Shown piece by piece: positions 1 to 10,344 of a stretch of DNA of 64,000 nt. Each line of letters opens with the position of its first letter. The first letter of the stretch is position 1. The notes under the pieces are model-generated. The model ran no database searches. It saw only the letters and a program-made list of their open reading frames with translations, and was not told the origin of the DNA. Source of the stretch: an uncultured Bacilli bacterium (GTDB taxonomy: Bacteria > Bacillota_I > Bacilli_A > RF39 > UBA660); the NCBI GenBank assembly GCA_910580185.1, contig CAJTWC010000001.1:99532-163531 (forward strand), read 5' to 3'. A program made the position numbers and the translations under genes.

Positions 1-642
1 TTTAATGTATTTATAATTTGTTTTAAGACTTGTTAAAGACGGATATAACTTAGTTATACTATGACCAAATGATTTTAGAATTTCATATCCCATACCCGTT
101 GAACCTGTTTTCGGATAGGTTTTTCCACCCGTTGCAATAACAACCATTTTAGATTTTTTCTCATTATTTATTATAAACATATCATTTTCTTTTTTTATAG
201 CATTTACATCATAACTATATATAACTTCCACGCCATAATTTAAAAGCGCTCTTTCAAATGATTTACATACTGTTACTGCCTGGTTAGAATACGGATATAA
301 CCTGGTACTTGAATTTTCTTTTTTTAGTAAAATACCAAAGTGATTTAGATAGTAATAATAATTTTCTAAATCATCATCACTAAACAAAACATTTAAAAAA
401 TCATAATCATTTGTTTCTAAGATATTTTTAAATCTTTTTATATTAGAACTACTATTATAGTTATTTATACTACTTTGGGTATTTCCTAAATTACATCTAC
501 CATTTCCTGTTATTAAAATCTTCTTACCTAACTTATCATTTTTCTCTAATAATAAAACTTTTAATTTTGGATTTTTATACTTTAAAGTAAGTGCTAGAAA
601 ACATCCTGATGCTCCTGCTCCTACTATAATTACATCGTACAT
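1..642 (-). CDS. NAD(P)/FAD-dependent oxidoreductase, HI0933/YhiN-like; N-terminal 214 codons only, C-terminus lies beyond the window edge
   Basis: Missing from the ORF track because it runs off the edge. My reverse translation from the ATG at 640-642 reads MYDVIIVGAGASGCFLAL (GxGxxG), then ITGNGRCNLGN and ATGGKTYPKTGSTGMGYEILKSFGH. The frame stays open to base 1. Confidence 0.75.
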   Translation of the reverse strand, partial: MYDVIIVGAGASGCFLALTLKYKNPKLKVLLLEKNDKLGKKILITGNGRCNLGNTQSSINNYNSSSNIKRFKNILETNDYDFLNVLFSDDDLENYYYYLNHFGILLKKENSSTRLYPYSNQAVTVCKSFERALLNYGVEVIYSYDVNAIKKENDMFIINNEKKSKMVVIATGGKTYPKTGSTGMGYEILKSFGHSITKLYPSLTSLKTNYKYIK

Positions 643-691
643 ATCAAAAATCACCTCATGTATTTAATATATCAAAAAAAACTAGCTTTAG

Positions 692-1339
692 CTAGTCTTC
701 TACCAAATAAAACTCGGTATGTGGCTGACCACATATTGGACAGATAAAATCCTCAGGAACACTTTCTCCTTCATAAACATAACCACATATCCTACATTTC
801 CATTTCTTTTTATTAGTATTGTTTTCTAGTTTTACTTCTTTTTCTTCTTCGTAGGTAGGAGCATTCTTAGGGGATGTTCCTTTTAGTTTTTCGTGATAAT
901 ACTTATAAGTCATTGGATTATCATTCGTGTAACCATCAGCTTCTATAACTTCGCCTAAAAACACAGTATGAGTTTCGGTTTCCATCATATCTATTACTTT
1001 ACAAATCATTTTTCCGCATGAGTCAGATATTACTGGAATACCATCTATTTCTTCATAACCAACGTTTTCAAATTTATCAGTATCCTTACTTGATTTGAAT
1101 CCAAACTCTCCTATTATTTTAGAATCAGAATCTTCTTTCAAAATTGATAATCCAAATTTTTTAGTTTCCTTAATTACTTTATTTGTATAATTATCGTGGT
1201 TTATACTAACTGCTATAGTAGGATTATTAGATGTTACTTGCATGGCGCTATTTGCAATACAACCTACTTTTTTATCACCAATAATGCTTGTTACAACGTA
1301 TACCCCGTACGATAAATTTCTTAACACTTTCTTATCCAT
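692..1339 (-). CDS. Flavin reductase-like domain fused to a C-terminal rubredoxin
   Basis: 215 aa. The N-terminal ~150 aa resemble the flavin reductase/FMN-binding split-barrel family. The C-terminus WKCRICGYVYEG...FICPICGQP carries two CxxC pairs typical of rubredoxin. The stop codon is TAG. Confidence 0.8.
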   Translation of the reverse strand: MDKKVLRNLSYGVYVVTSIIGDKKVGCIANSAMQVTSNNPTIAVSINHDNYTNKVIKETKKFGLSILKEDSDSKIIGEFGFKSSKDTDKFENVGYEEIDGIPVISDSCGKMICKVIDMMETETHTVFLGEVIEADGYTNDNPMTYKYYHEKLKGTSPKNAPTYEEEKEVKLENNTNKKKWKCRICGYVYEGESVPEDFICPICGQPHTEFYLVED

Positions 1340-1341
1340 AA

Positions 1342-2085
1342 TTAGCTCCTTGCTGCTCCGTCAACTGATAAAACAACGCCTGTTACGTAACTTGCCATAT
1401 CACTTGCTAGAAATAAAAATGCGTTTGCAATATCTTCAGGCTCTCCTATTCTTCCAAGTGGGATAGTAGCGATTACTCCCTTAATCTTTTCTTCTGGAAC
1501 TTTTTTCATCATATCAGTCATAGTAACTCCAGGTGCTACTGCATTAACCCTTATGTTATCTTTTCCTAATTCTCTTGCAAGTGACTTAGTAAGACCATTT
1601 ACCGCAAACTTACTAGCTGGATACCCACATCCTGATGGCTGTCCATATAAGCTTACCATTGATGATGTGTTAAGAATTACTCCACCACCATTTTCTTTCA
1701 TAATTGGTGCCACCGCTTTAGAACAATTAAACACCGCATTAACGTTTAAATCCATTATCTTTTTAAAATTTTCCTCTGGATAGTCATAAATACTTTCCAT
1801 TGCAGAAATACCAGCGTTATTGACAAGTATATCTATTTTTCCATATTTATTTTTAATTTCGTTAAAAGCTTCTTTTACCTCTTTTGCATCACTTATATTA
1901 GGATATAATCCCATTACTTCGTAATCATTATTTATTTCTTTTAATTCTTCTATTGCCTTATCCACTGATTCTTTTCTTGAACCAAATAAAACAACTTGTG
2001 CATTATTATCTAAAAACTTCTTAACCGTTGCAAATCCAATACCACGGGTTCCTCCAGTTATAATTGCTACTTTACCATCTAACAT
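1342..2085 (-). CDS. Short-chain dehydrogenase/reductase (FabG-like)
   Basis: TGGTRGIG dinucleotide motif, NNAG, and catalytic Y-x3-K (YPASK). Confidence 0.85.
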   Translation of the reverse strand: MLDGKVAIITGGTRGIGFATVKKFLDNNAQVVLFGSRKESVDKAIEELKEINNDYEVMGLYPNISDAKEVKEAFNEIKNKYGKIDILVNNAGISAMESIYDYPEENFKKIMDLNVNAVFNCSKAVAPIMKENGGGVILNTSSMVSLYGQPSGCGYPASKFAVNGLTKSLARELGKDNIRVNAVAPGVTMTDMMKKVPEEKIKGVIATIPLGRIGEPEDIANAFLFLASDMASYVTGVVLSVDGAARS

Positions 2086-2159
2086 ATCTATATCCTCCTA
2101 TCATAAATAGTAATCATTCCTATTTTAACGTTAATGACTACGATTGTCAATTATCGATA

Positions 2160-2185
2160 AAATAAAAATGTAGAAATTTCTACAT
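2160..2185 (-). terminator. Intrinsic terminator downstream of the 2188-3870 gene
   Basis: Minus-strand hairpin ATGTAGA-AATT-TCTACAT followed by a U-run. Confidence 0.6.
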
Positions 2186-2187
2186 CC

Positions 2188-3870
2188 TTATTTTTTGGTT
2201 ATAAATGATTCTTTTTCTTTAAAAATATTATCTATTGCTTGTTTTTTTAATTCTTCAAAATTTATTTTAGTTAATTCTTCATTTTCTAATTCATATCTAT
2301 AAAAACCAGATGCTTCGTCACTAATTAAAGTAAATATTATTGCGGTATGTTCTGGATCAGCATACGCTATCTCATAAGTTAATCCATCATAATTAAGATT
2401 TTCTTTATCGGTAAAGTTTATACTATTTTTTAAAAATTCACCATATTCATAAGAATACTGTTCCTTCGTAATTTTATTTTCTAAAGCTTTATTTAAAATT
2501 AATATTATTTCATTTTCTCTATCAACATAACTCTCACTATCAGTATATAATTCATCAAAAGAAGGTTTTATAAATAAATATTTCATTTTATTTTCAAAGG
2601 TTTTAATATAATCAAAAAATACATTAATATCGCTTAAATTTAATAATTTAATAACGTCTTTTTTAGGTAAGTATTTTGAAAGTTCTTTTGTTAAACCATT
2701 TAAGTCATAATTCAAATAATAACTAGCTAATTTATCATTTCCAATTATAACCCCTATAGAAGAACACAACTTACTTGGATCAATATATGAACCATCTGTT
2801 GAAAGACCGGTCATTCCTTCATTAACGGAATAGCCTAACAAAAAATTTGTTAACCCAGTTCCAAATGGCCCATTTCTAAGTATTGAATGGGCTTGTTCAT
2901 GGGCAATTACTGGCATTTCTTTTTCATTAAAATTATAAACAGTATATCTATTTGTAATTGGATTAAAACTTCCACTCCACCAACACCATAACCTAGTGAA
3001 ATCATTAATCTCTCTTACCTTTTCAGTACGTGCAGTAGTACACATTTTAATTATTGTCTCTTCACTTAAATATTTTGCATATGTATCTAAAAAATACTCA
3101 TTAAAAGAATCTACTATTATTTTTTTTGTTGCATCATCAATATTCTTGTTCTGCTCAATATTTTCTTTAAATATTTCTTTAACATATTCAGTCTTACTTT
3201 CATCATTATTAAAATCCGCAATAATTACTGTATCATTTACAACGTTTTGTTTTGTAAGCTGATAATTAATAGAAGGAATAGAACTAAATAATATTATTAC
3301 TCCAGATGTTACTGCAATTGCCTTCTTAATCACTTTTTTTGTTTCGATTTTTTTTATTTCCTTTTTCATTTCATAACGATTCAATACATCACTTAAAAAA
3401 ATTTTAGAAGTTGCTTTTTCTGAATTAAAACATTCATTTTCTGTATTTAATGTTTTTGATGGTAGACAATTAAATAAAGATTCATTAATTTGATTTTCAG
3501 GCATATAATTCATAAGAAATCTTTTTGCACTTTCTTTTGTATATTTTGTATTAATCTTTTTCTTATACTTTAACGAATATTTTATTTTTTTGAACCTTTT
3601 TATCTCATCTTTCATTATATTTATAGATTCACCTAAATTTTTTTTATTATTGGTTATAATACCGTTTTGATATAATTTACAAATATACAATGCTAGAGCT
3701 GAAGTAACAAAATGTTGGGTATAAAATTCAAACCCATTTTTTTCACTTAATCCCAAACTAAGTAATTCTATTTTTCTTAAATTTTTAACATATTCCTTCA
3801 CGATAATTCTATAAGAAACATTTATCTTATCTATATCATAAAGAATTGAATTAACGTGTTTATAAACCAT
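2188..3870 (-). CDS. Hypothetical membrane-anchored protein with an HExxH motif (possible zinc metallopeptidase-like ectodomain)
   Basis: 560 aa. One central hydrophobic span (AIAVTSGVIILFSSIPSI). The C-terminal part contains VIAHEQAHSIL. It has its own promoter, TTGACA-17-TAATAT, upstream. I recognise no family. Confidence 0.6.
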   Translation of the reverse strand: MVYKHVNSILYDIDKINVSYRIIVKEYVKNLRKIELLSLGLSEKNGFEFYTQHFVTSALALYICKLYQNGIITNNKKNLGESINIMKDEIKRFKKIKYSLKYKKKINTKYTKESAKRFLMNYMPENQINESLFNCLPSKTLNTENECFNSEKATSKIFLSDVLNRYEMKKEIKKIETKKVIKKAIAVTSGVIILFSSIPSINYQLTKQNVVNDTVIIADFNNDESKTEYVKEIFKENIEQNKNIDDATKKIIVDSFNEYFLDTYAKYLSEETIIKMCTTARTEKVREINDFTRLWCWWSGSFNPITNRYTVYNFNEKEMPVIAHEQAHSILRNGPFGTGLTNFLLGYSVNEGMTGLSTDGSYIDPSKLCSSIGVIIGNDKLASYYLNYDLNGLTKELSKYLPKKDVIKLLNLSDINVFFDYIKTFENKMKYLFIKPSFDELYTDSESYVDRENEIILILNKALENKITKEQYSYEYGEFLKNSINFTDKENLNYDGLTYEIAYADPEHTAIIFTLISDEASGFYRYELENEELTKINFEELKKQAIDNIFKEKESFITKK

Positions 3871-3979
3871 AACAAATCCCCTTTTTCTTAATGAGTTATA
3901 TTATCAAAAAAAAGTTTATGTGTCAAGCCATTTACACTACCATACCATTAGCATAAAGTATAATACAAAACAAAACGGC

Positions 3980-5959
3980 CTAAAAATTAGATCGTTTTGA
4001 TTCTTCAAGGGTATAAAATTTTATACTAAATTCTTCTTTTTTCTTAGTTTTTTTTGTTATAAATATCATTAATCCAATAATTATAAACGCAATTATAACC
4101 ATAATTATTATTGGTATAATATTTTTTTTATTAGCAGCTGCCTTTTTTTCTAATAAAACGTATTCAGAAAAGTGATTTAATTCAAAGTCTGCATAACCGT
4201 TAGTTATAGGAACCTTATTTATCTCTAATTCCAAGATATTATTTTTAGTATTAAAATAATATAAGTCATACTCTTTTGTAGTATCTAACATATCTTTTAC
4301 GTATATGCTAAATTCTATATTACCAGGCAACGTTCCATGAAATTTAAAGTTTAATGGTAAATGTAAATTATTCTCCGTTAAAGAATTTAACACGTCTTCA
4401 TAATCGCTTTTAAAGGTTAAATAGTAACTAAATTCACTATCCTTTACTAATTTTTCACTATTTATCTTTACTTTGTATAAAACCTTTCCTTCCTTATCAA
4501 CTACGTTATACGCTAAGTTTTTATTAGTGTTTATAAGCTCATTAATAATGTTAGAAGAAACAATTTTATTTTCATCATCTTCATCAACGGTTACCACGAT
4601 ATCATCATTATTTGATGTATCTTTTATTTTGCTTACGATTTCTTCTTCGTTATTTTCTGATTTTAACACACTTTTTTCTCTAGTAATATTAAGTACGTAA
4701 GTTCTTATACTTCCATCTTCTGCGGTGACGTTTATTTCTATTTTGTTTTCTCCAACTTCTAAAGCAGTGTTTCCAGATATACTTGCTACTGCTTTACTAC
4801 TTGTAGTTTCATAGCTAACTTTAGCTTCCACAACCTCGTTTGGAACGTTTACGTTATAAGTTAAAGTTTTTTTATTAAACTCTATATCTGCGCCCTCTAT
4901 ACTTAAACTCTTTAAACTATTATCACTCGAAACAGTTATTTTACCATCCTTATTAGCGCGTATTATCGTTATAGTATAAGTTTTAACTGACCCATTTTCC
5001 GCTGTGACAACAACGTTAAACGTATTTTTACCTACTTTTAAACTTTTGCTTCCTAAGCCTTGTACGCTTGCCTTTTTATCACTTGTAGTAGCGGTTATAT
5101 TAACAGAAGAAACATCATACTTAACCGTTGCGTTATAATTATAAGTGCCACTATTAAATCTTATATCAATATCGCTAACCGATAAGTTACTTAAGTTATT
5201 ATTACTACTTCTAGTATCATTTCTTACTACGTTTATAGTGTATGTTTTTGAGTTACCTGCCTCTGATACAGAAGTTATGGTAAATGAGTTATTACCATAA
5301 TTCAGATTTTTTTGTCCAGTACCAGATACACTTCCTGATTTAGGCGCTACCGCACTAATTACTATGGAAGAAGAATTGGTAACAACGTTATAATTACTTA
5401 CGTTTTCATTAAATGATGGTGTTAAATTACCAGGGCTTACTGATAAATCTACTAAGTTAGCATTAGATGAAGAAGTATAAATCGTTTTAGAAACTTCATT
5501 TAAAGCTACTTCATTGTAGTTTTCATCGCCCACTCTAATCCCACCTAAAGTAATGCTATGTGCTTCGTTATCACTACCATTTGTTCTTAGCACGATGGTT
5601 CCTATGCTTACTCTTCCTTCATAAAGATTAGAAGTAGATAATTTAAACTTACCATCTTTTGCCGTAGAAAACTCCGACCAATTAGATGCGTAATTTGATG
5701 ATACTAAACTCAAATTATTACTTAATCTTACATCACCAGTAAAAGAAGAAATTTTACCAGATACCACGTTCACATAAACCTGGCATGTAACATTTCCTCC
5801 ATTTGGAACTTTTTCTTTATCACAAGATATATTAACACTTGATGATGCGGATAATCCACTTAACCTGCGAGGAAGGACGTATCCAAATAAAACACCAAGA
5901 ATGGTAATTAATAAGATCACTAAAACCGTTATTAATATAATTAATCTTTTCTTTTTCAT
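3980..5959 (-). CDS. Cell-surface anchor protein: N-terminal signal/TM, cohesin-like module, three cadherin-like beta-sandwich repeats, C-terminal TM anchor
   Basis: 659 aa. The motif N-L-x-x-L-S-V/I-S...NYNV/TYNV (typical of cadherin-like beta-sandwich domains) recurs three times. Residues ~40-165 follow a cohesin-like beta pattern; this is inference. There is a C-terminal hydrophobic stretch followed by a KK-rich tail. The start is 14 nt downstream of the dockerin protease gene. Confidence 0.7.
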   Translation of the reverse strand: MKKKRLIILITVLVILLITILGVLFGYVLPRRLSGLSASSSVNISCDKEKVPNGGNVTCQVYVNVVSGKISSFTGDVRLSNNLSLVSSNYASNWSEFSTAKDGKFKLSTSNLYEGRVSIGTIVLRTNGSDNEAHSITLGGIRVGDENYNEVALNEVSKTIYTSSSNANLVDLSVSPGNLTPSFNENVSNYNVVTNSSSIVISAVAPKSGSVSGTGQKNLNYGNNSFTITSVSEAGNSKTYTINVVRNDTRSSNNNLSNLSVSDIDIRFNSGTYNYNATVKYDVSSVNITATTSDKKASVQGLGSKSLKVGKNTFNVVVTAENGSVKTYTITIIRANKDGKITVSSDNSLKSLSIEGADIEFNKKTLTYNVNVPNEVVEAKVSYETTSSKAVASISGNTALEVGENKIEINVTAEDGSIRTYVLNITREKSVLKSENNEEEIVSKIKDTSNNDDIVVTVDEDDENKIVSSNIINELINTNKNLAYNVVDKEGKVLYKVKINSEKLVKDSEFSYYLTFKSDYEDVLNSLTENNLHLPLNFKFHGTLPGNIEFSIYVKDMLDTTKEYDLYYFNTKNNILELEINKVPITNGYADFELNHFSEYVLLEKKAAANKKNIIPIIIMVIIAFIIIGLMIFITKKTKKKEEFSIKFYTLEESKRSNF

Positions 5960-5973
5960 ATTTCTACTCCTTC

Positions 5974-8900
5974 CTAAATTAAACTTAAGATATTATTAAT
6001 TATGTAAGCAAATAACTTTGATATATCAGTTATCGTAATGTTTCCATCTTTATTTGTATCACTTGCTTTTAAATAATAATCTTCTTTAATCTCATATTCA
6101 TTATCATCAATGTGACTAAATAGTTTCGACACGTCGGTTATCGTAACTAACCCATCACCGTTTATATCACCTAAAACAATATTATAAATTTCGCTTATAA
6201 CCTTATCTCTATAAATTATTTTAGTAATGCTTCCTGTTGTTATATAATCTTCATCACTTAGTTCTTCTCCATCAAGATTATAAACTTTCATACTATAATT
6301 AGTTTTTAATTTTATTTTAGATAAATAATCTTTAAGCATGGTTTTTTGTTCTATGTTTAAAATATAGTTATCTAAAAGTTCATAGCCATCTAAATTATCT
6401 ATACTATTTATTTGCCAAATTGCATATAACGTGATCTTTTCCTCAGGTTCAGCTAAATTTAGTACTGTTTCTCTGTTTTTATAAGACGTTCCTGTTCCAT
6501 CTGGCTTCGTATTCCATTCTTTAAACAAATAACCAGTTCTTCTAAATGTATTAGAGTTTAAATTATCTTCGTAATTATATGAAAACTCTTGTTCTTTAAT
6601 ATTTCCAGTTCCATCATTGGCATCAAATAAAACAGTGTATATTTGGTCCCATATAGCATACAAGGTAATCGTTTCGGTTGGTTTTGCTAAATTCAAGACC
6701 TCTTCTTCATCATCATACCAATCACCAGACTCATCTGGTTTTGTATTCCAGCCTATAAAAATACTTTTTTCTTTTTCAAATGTATTTGCATTTAAACTTG
6801 TATTTTTATTAATAAAGATTTGCTGAGGTTCCATAGTACCTGTACCACCATTTGGATCAAATTTTACATTATAAATAGCTGGTATCCAAATAGCATATAA
6901 AGTTATACTTTTATCTTGCTCGGTAATATTTAATACTTCGGCGCCTTCTAAATAACTAGTACCAGTTCCATCTGACTTCGTATTCCACTCTTTAAATATG
7001 TAATCATCCCTACTAAATAAATTAGATCTTAACTTGGTGCTTACACCTACTTCTATAGCTTGTTCTAATACAGAACCAGCACCACCATTTGCATCATATT
7101 TAATTTTGTAATATAAAGGTGATTCTACTACGTTTATGTTTACATCTTTTTCATAACCATCGTAGTAACTTAAAACATGAAGTGTTGTACTTCCTTTTTC
7201 TTTTCCAATTATATTTCCATCTTCATCTATAGTGGCAACAGACTCATCAGCAATTGAATATGATATGTTTCTTGCCGCATCAATGTTTGGCAAAATATAA
7301 TTGTATATACTCGTATCAAAATCTTTGTATAAGGTAATGTCAGAAATATCTTCGGTAAAATTAAAATCAACACCCTTTAAAATAGGAACCCTAGTTATAC
7401 CATCAATTTCTTTTATCTCGAAATTATCATTAAATCCTTCCCAACTAGAATACGAATTAATATCTTTTAATTCGGTAATGTTTTTTAATTCAACATTTTT
7501 AGCAGTCAATCTTTTTTCAGTTAAACTATAAGGCATACCTTTCAAATAATAAAAATTATTTAAAGTAACCTTTCCGGTACTACTGCTAGAACCAAAAGAG
7601 TTTTCGACCTTACCTAATATTTCATTAGATATGTTTCCTTTAATGTTACCATAATTAAATCCATTAGAAACATTAATTAAACCATTATCATTTACTTTAA
7701 TAGATCCAAACAAACCACCAGATGTACCATTTGAAATTACCGTTCCTCTATTAATAAGGTTGCTTACGTTTAATTCATCAGTATCTCTTGGTGTTGTAAT
7801 ATAACTAAATAAACCTCCTGATTGACCACTACTACTTATTACGGTTGCATCATTATATAAGTTATTTATTTTTTTGTTTTTTAAGGACTTTTTATTTAAA
7901 ACTTCAATATAGGAAGCAATTCCTCCAACGTTATTAGTAGCTGTTATAACTCCATTTTTTACTATAATGTTTTCAAGCGTCAAATCACTTTTCGTATTGT
8001 AGGTACAATTTACATACCCTACTAATGCGCCACCTGAATACGTAATAATTTCAAAATCTTCTATTATTATGTTTTTTAAATATATTGTAGAAATTTCTCC
8101 AACGTTATTATAAACGTCATTGGTAGATGCAATACTAGTAAATAATCCTTGATTATTACCTGCAGGTCTATTGATATAAAGACCTGTTATTTTATGTCCA
8201 TCACCATCAAGGCCACCTTTAAATGAAGAAATAGGTTTCCAACCTGAACCTTCATTATAGTATTTTCCATTTACATTTCTAGTATCATAAGATAAGTCTA
8301 TATCATTACCTAGTTTATAATAAGAGTTAGGTGCAGTTCTTATTAAATTAAGTTCATCAGCATTAGTTATTATGAAAGGATTGTCTATTGTTCCCTTTCC
8401 ATTTAAATCCGGTGTATAACAATTAATCTCTAATTTAAAATCATCATACTTAACGCCATCAACAAACGCAGATACGTTATATGTTCCAAAAGGAACATCG
8501 TTTTCAAATGATAAAATAGCGTTAATATAGTTACCAACTTCATAATTTCTAGATATCGTAAACTTATCTGTTATATCAATACCATTTTCGTCTTTAATAA
8601 CAAAATCTATTTTCTTATCATTAGTAAGTCCTCTACTAGTACCATTTAAAATAATTATGTTATTTTCTTCTGCTAGTTTATGATACTTTAAAGAACTTCC
8701 GTTTTTAGCATCATCAATATTTAGTTCTATCTTATCGTCGACGTTTTTAGTAAAAGCGGATATACCAATATTACTATAAACTGGTAAACTACTGTTATCT
8801 TCACTGGTTACTTTCACTAAAAATTTTTCGTTATCTAATAATATATTCTTATCAGATAAATCAATTGTATATAAACCTGAATAAGTTATATCTTTTTCAC

Positions 8901-10269
8901 CAACCAAAATATAATCACTGGTTGATCCTGTTAAACTAACATAAACTTTTGCTTTTACATCATTTTTTTGAACATAAAATTTAATTTTTTCTAATTTCTC
9001 TTTATTAGCAGTTTTTTTAAACGTTGCGATCGAAGTAGTGTGATTATTATATGCATTATCCCATGTTTTTACTTTTACATCGGTAAAAACACTATATTCA
9101 GAACTTGGGTTATCATAAGGAATATATGCATACGCAAAACTACTTGTTGCTCCCCATGAGTTTTTCATTATCCAAGCACCTTGTACTTCCTTTAATTTTC
9201 CAGATGCACATGTATACGTATCATTTTCTTTAGAATAAGTAGGTTCTAAATCACCAGCTGTACAAATGTTATGTCTATAATCATCGTCCCATCCGATAAC
9301 TTGTACTTCGTGATTTATACCACCACCGTAGTATAACGCATTATTAGTTTTACCTTCTACTAAAACTTTTTCATTACCAGACGGCTTATATAAAGTAAAT
9401 CTTCCAGTTCCAAATGAAATTACTGCCGTTCCGTTTTCTAATATAGCCTTTTTTATAGCTTTTGTTCTTTCTTCGCTATAACTAGATGAAAAGTTGTAAA
9501 GACCATCAACGTCATATGTTACTTTTTCCGTATTCCAAACATCTTCTGGTTTTACAGTTCCTATGTGATAATAATCATAGTGCCAGTCTGACTCTAAAAC
9601 AGGAGAAACACCATTAATTACTGGTCCTAAATATTCTCTAATATTACCTCCTGAACCTAATTTTTTTGAACCAACTAAATATGGATTATAATCTATATCA
9701 ATAAAACTTTTATATGCTGTTGCATAATCAACTTGTCTTTCAGATAAATCAAGTTCAGCACTACCATTATATAAACCAGATTTAATTATTTTACTTTCTA
9801 AAGCGCCAGTTGCTGCAAAGTCCCAGCACAAGCCTAATCTTCCTTGATCTTTCATAGAAGTTACATAACTTTTTCCATCTACATCTTGTAAGTTAAATTT
9901 ACTTGGTAATTCTTCCTCACTTGCTTCCTTATAATCATAATCAACTACTGTATCTAAAGGAACATATCCATATTCGGATTCTTCACCTTCTACTAGGTAA
10001 TCGATATAATCAGGGTTTAAATATGGTGTATTATATTTTTTATTTTTCTCAGTTAATAAAATTTCTCCTGTTTCTTTATACACCTTTTTAATATAGTTTT
10101 TAGCTTCCTTTGGAAGATATTCATATGAACTACTTTCAAGTACTTTATCGATTGATTTATTTTTATTGATATTTAAAAATAAACACGTACCACCTATTAA
10201 TAGTAATGATATAAAAAGACTAGCAATTAATATTAATTTTCTATTGTTATTTATATTAAATTTCTTCAT
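5974..10269 (-). CDS. Secreted multidomain papain-like (C1) cysteine protease with GLUG-type repeats, a Big_2-like domain, three Listeria-Bacteroides (Flg_new) repeats and a C-terminal type I dockerin
   Basis: 1431 aa with a signal peptide. Catalytic Cys context GLCWDFAATGALES, His in NHEVQVIGWDDDY, and NSWG. GLUG-like segment GGLDGDGHKITGLYINRP..GLFTSI. The unit Y.V.FD.NGG.G...F.GWNTK.DG.G..Y occurs three times. The C-terminus has a duplicated calcium-loop pair, GDINGDGLVTITDVSKLF and DTNKDGNITITDISKLF, which is a dockerin. Confidence 0.85.
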   Translation of the reverse strand: MKKFNINNNRKLILIASLFISLLLIGGTCLFLNINKNKSIDKVLESSSYEYLPKEAKNYIKKVYKETGEILLTEKNKKYNTPYLNPDYIDYLVEGEESEYGYVPLDTVVDYDYKEASEEELPSKFNLQDVDGKSYVTSMKDQGRLGLCWDFAATGALESKIIKSGLYNGSAELDLSERQVDYATAYKSFIDIDYNPYLVGSKKLGSGGNIREYLGPVINGVSPVLESDWHYDYYHIGTVKPEDVWNTEKVTYDVDGLYNFSSSYSEERTKAIKKAILENGTAVISFGTGRFTLYKPSGNEKVLVEGKTNNALYYGGGINHEVQVIGWDDDYRHNICTAGDLEPTYSKENDTYTCASGKLKEVQGAWIMKNSWGATSSFAYAYIPYDNPSSEYSVFTDVKVKTWDNAYNNHTTSIATFKKTANKEKLEKIKFYVQKNDVKAKVYVSLTGSTSDYILVGEKDITYSGLYTIDLSDKNILLDNEKFLVKVTSEDNSSLPVYSNIGISAFTKNVDDKIELNIDDAKNGSSLKYHKLAEENNIIILNGTSRGLTNDKKIDFVIKDENGIDITDKFTISRNYEVGNYINAILSFENDVPFGTYNVSAFVDGVKYDDFKLEINCYTPDLNGKGTIDNPFIITNADELNLIRTAPNSYYKLGNDIDLSYDTRNVNGKYYNEGSGWKPISSFKGGLDGDGHKITGLYINRPAGNNQGLFTSIASTNDVYNNVGEISTIYLKNIIIEDFEIITYSGGALVGYVNCTYNTKSDLTLENIIVKNGVITATNNVGGIASYIEVLNKKSLKNKKINNLYNDATVISSSGQSGGLFSYITTPRDTDELNVSNLINRGTVISNGTSGGLFGSIKVNDNGLINVSNGFNYGNIKGNISNEILGKVENSFGSSSSTGKVTLNNFYYLKGMPYSLTEKRLTAKNVELKNITELKDINSYSSWEGFNDNFEIKEIDGITRVPILKGVDFNFTEDISDITLYKDFDTSIYNYILPNIDAARNISYSIADESVATIDEDGNIIGKEKGSTTLHVLSYYDGYEKDVNINVVESPLYYKIKYDANGGAGSVLEQAIEVGVSTKLRSNLFSRDDYIFKEWNTKSDGTGTSYLEGAEVLNITEQDKSITLYAIWIPAIYNVKFDPNGGTGTMEPQQIFINKNTSLNANTFEKEKSIFIGWNTKPDESGDWYDDEEEVLNLAKPTETITLYAIWDQIYTVLFDANDGTGNIKEQEFSYNYEDNLNSNTFRRTGYLFKEWNTKPDGTGTSYKNRETVLNLAEPEEKITLYAIWQINSIDNLDGYELLDNYILNIEQKTMLKDYLSKIKLKTNYSMKVYNLDGEELSDEDYITTGSITKIIYRDKVISEIYNIVLGDINGDGLVTITDVSKLFSHIDDNEYEIKEDYYLKASDTNKDGNITITDISKLFAYIINNILSLI

Positions 10270-10344
10270 GATTACAACATCCTATTCTCACCTTTATATA
10301 ATACCATATTTTTAATTATAATAACATAAAAAAGAAAGCCTTTT

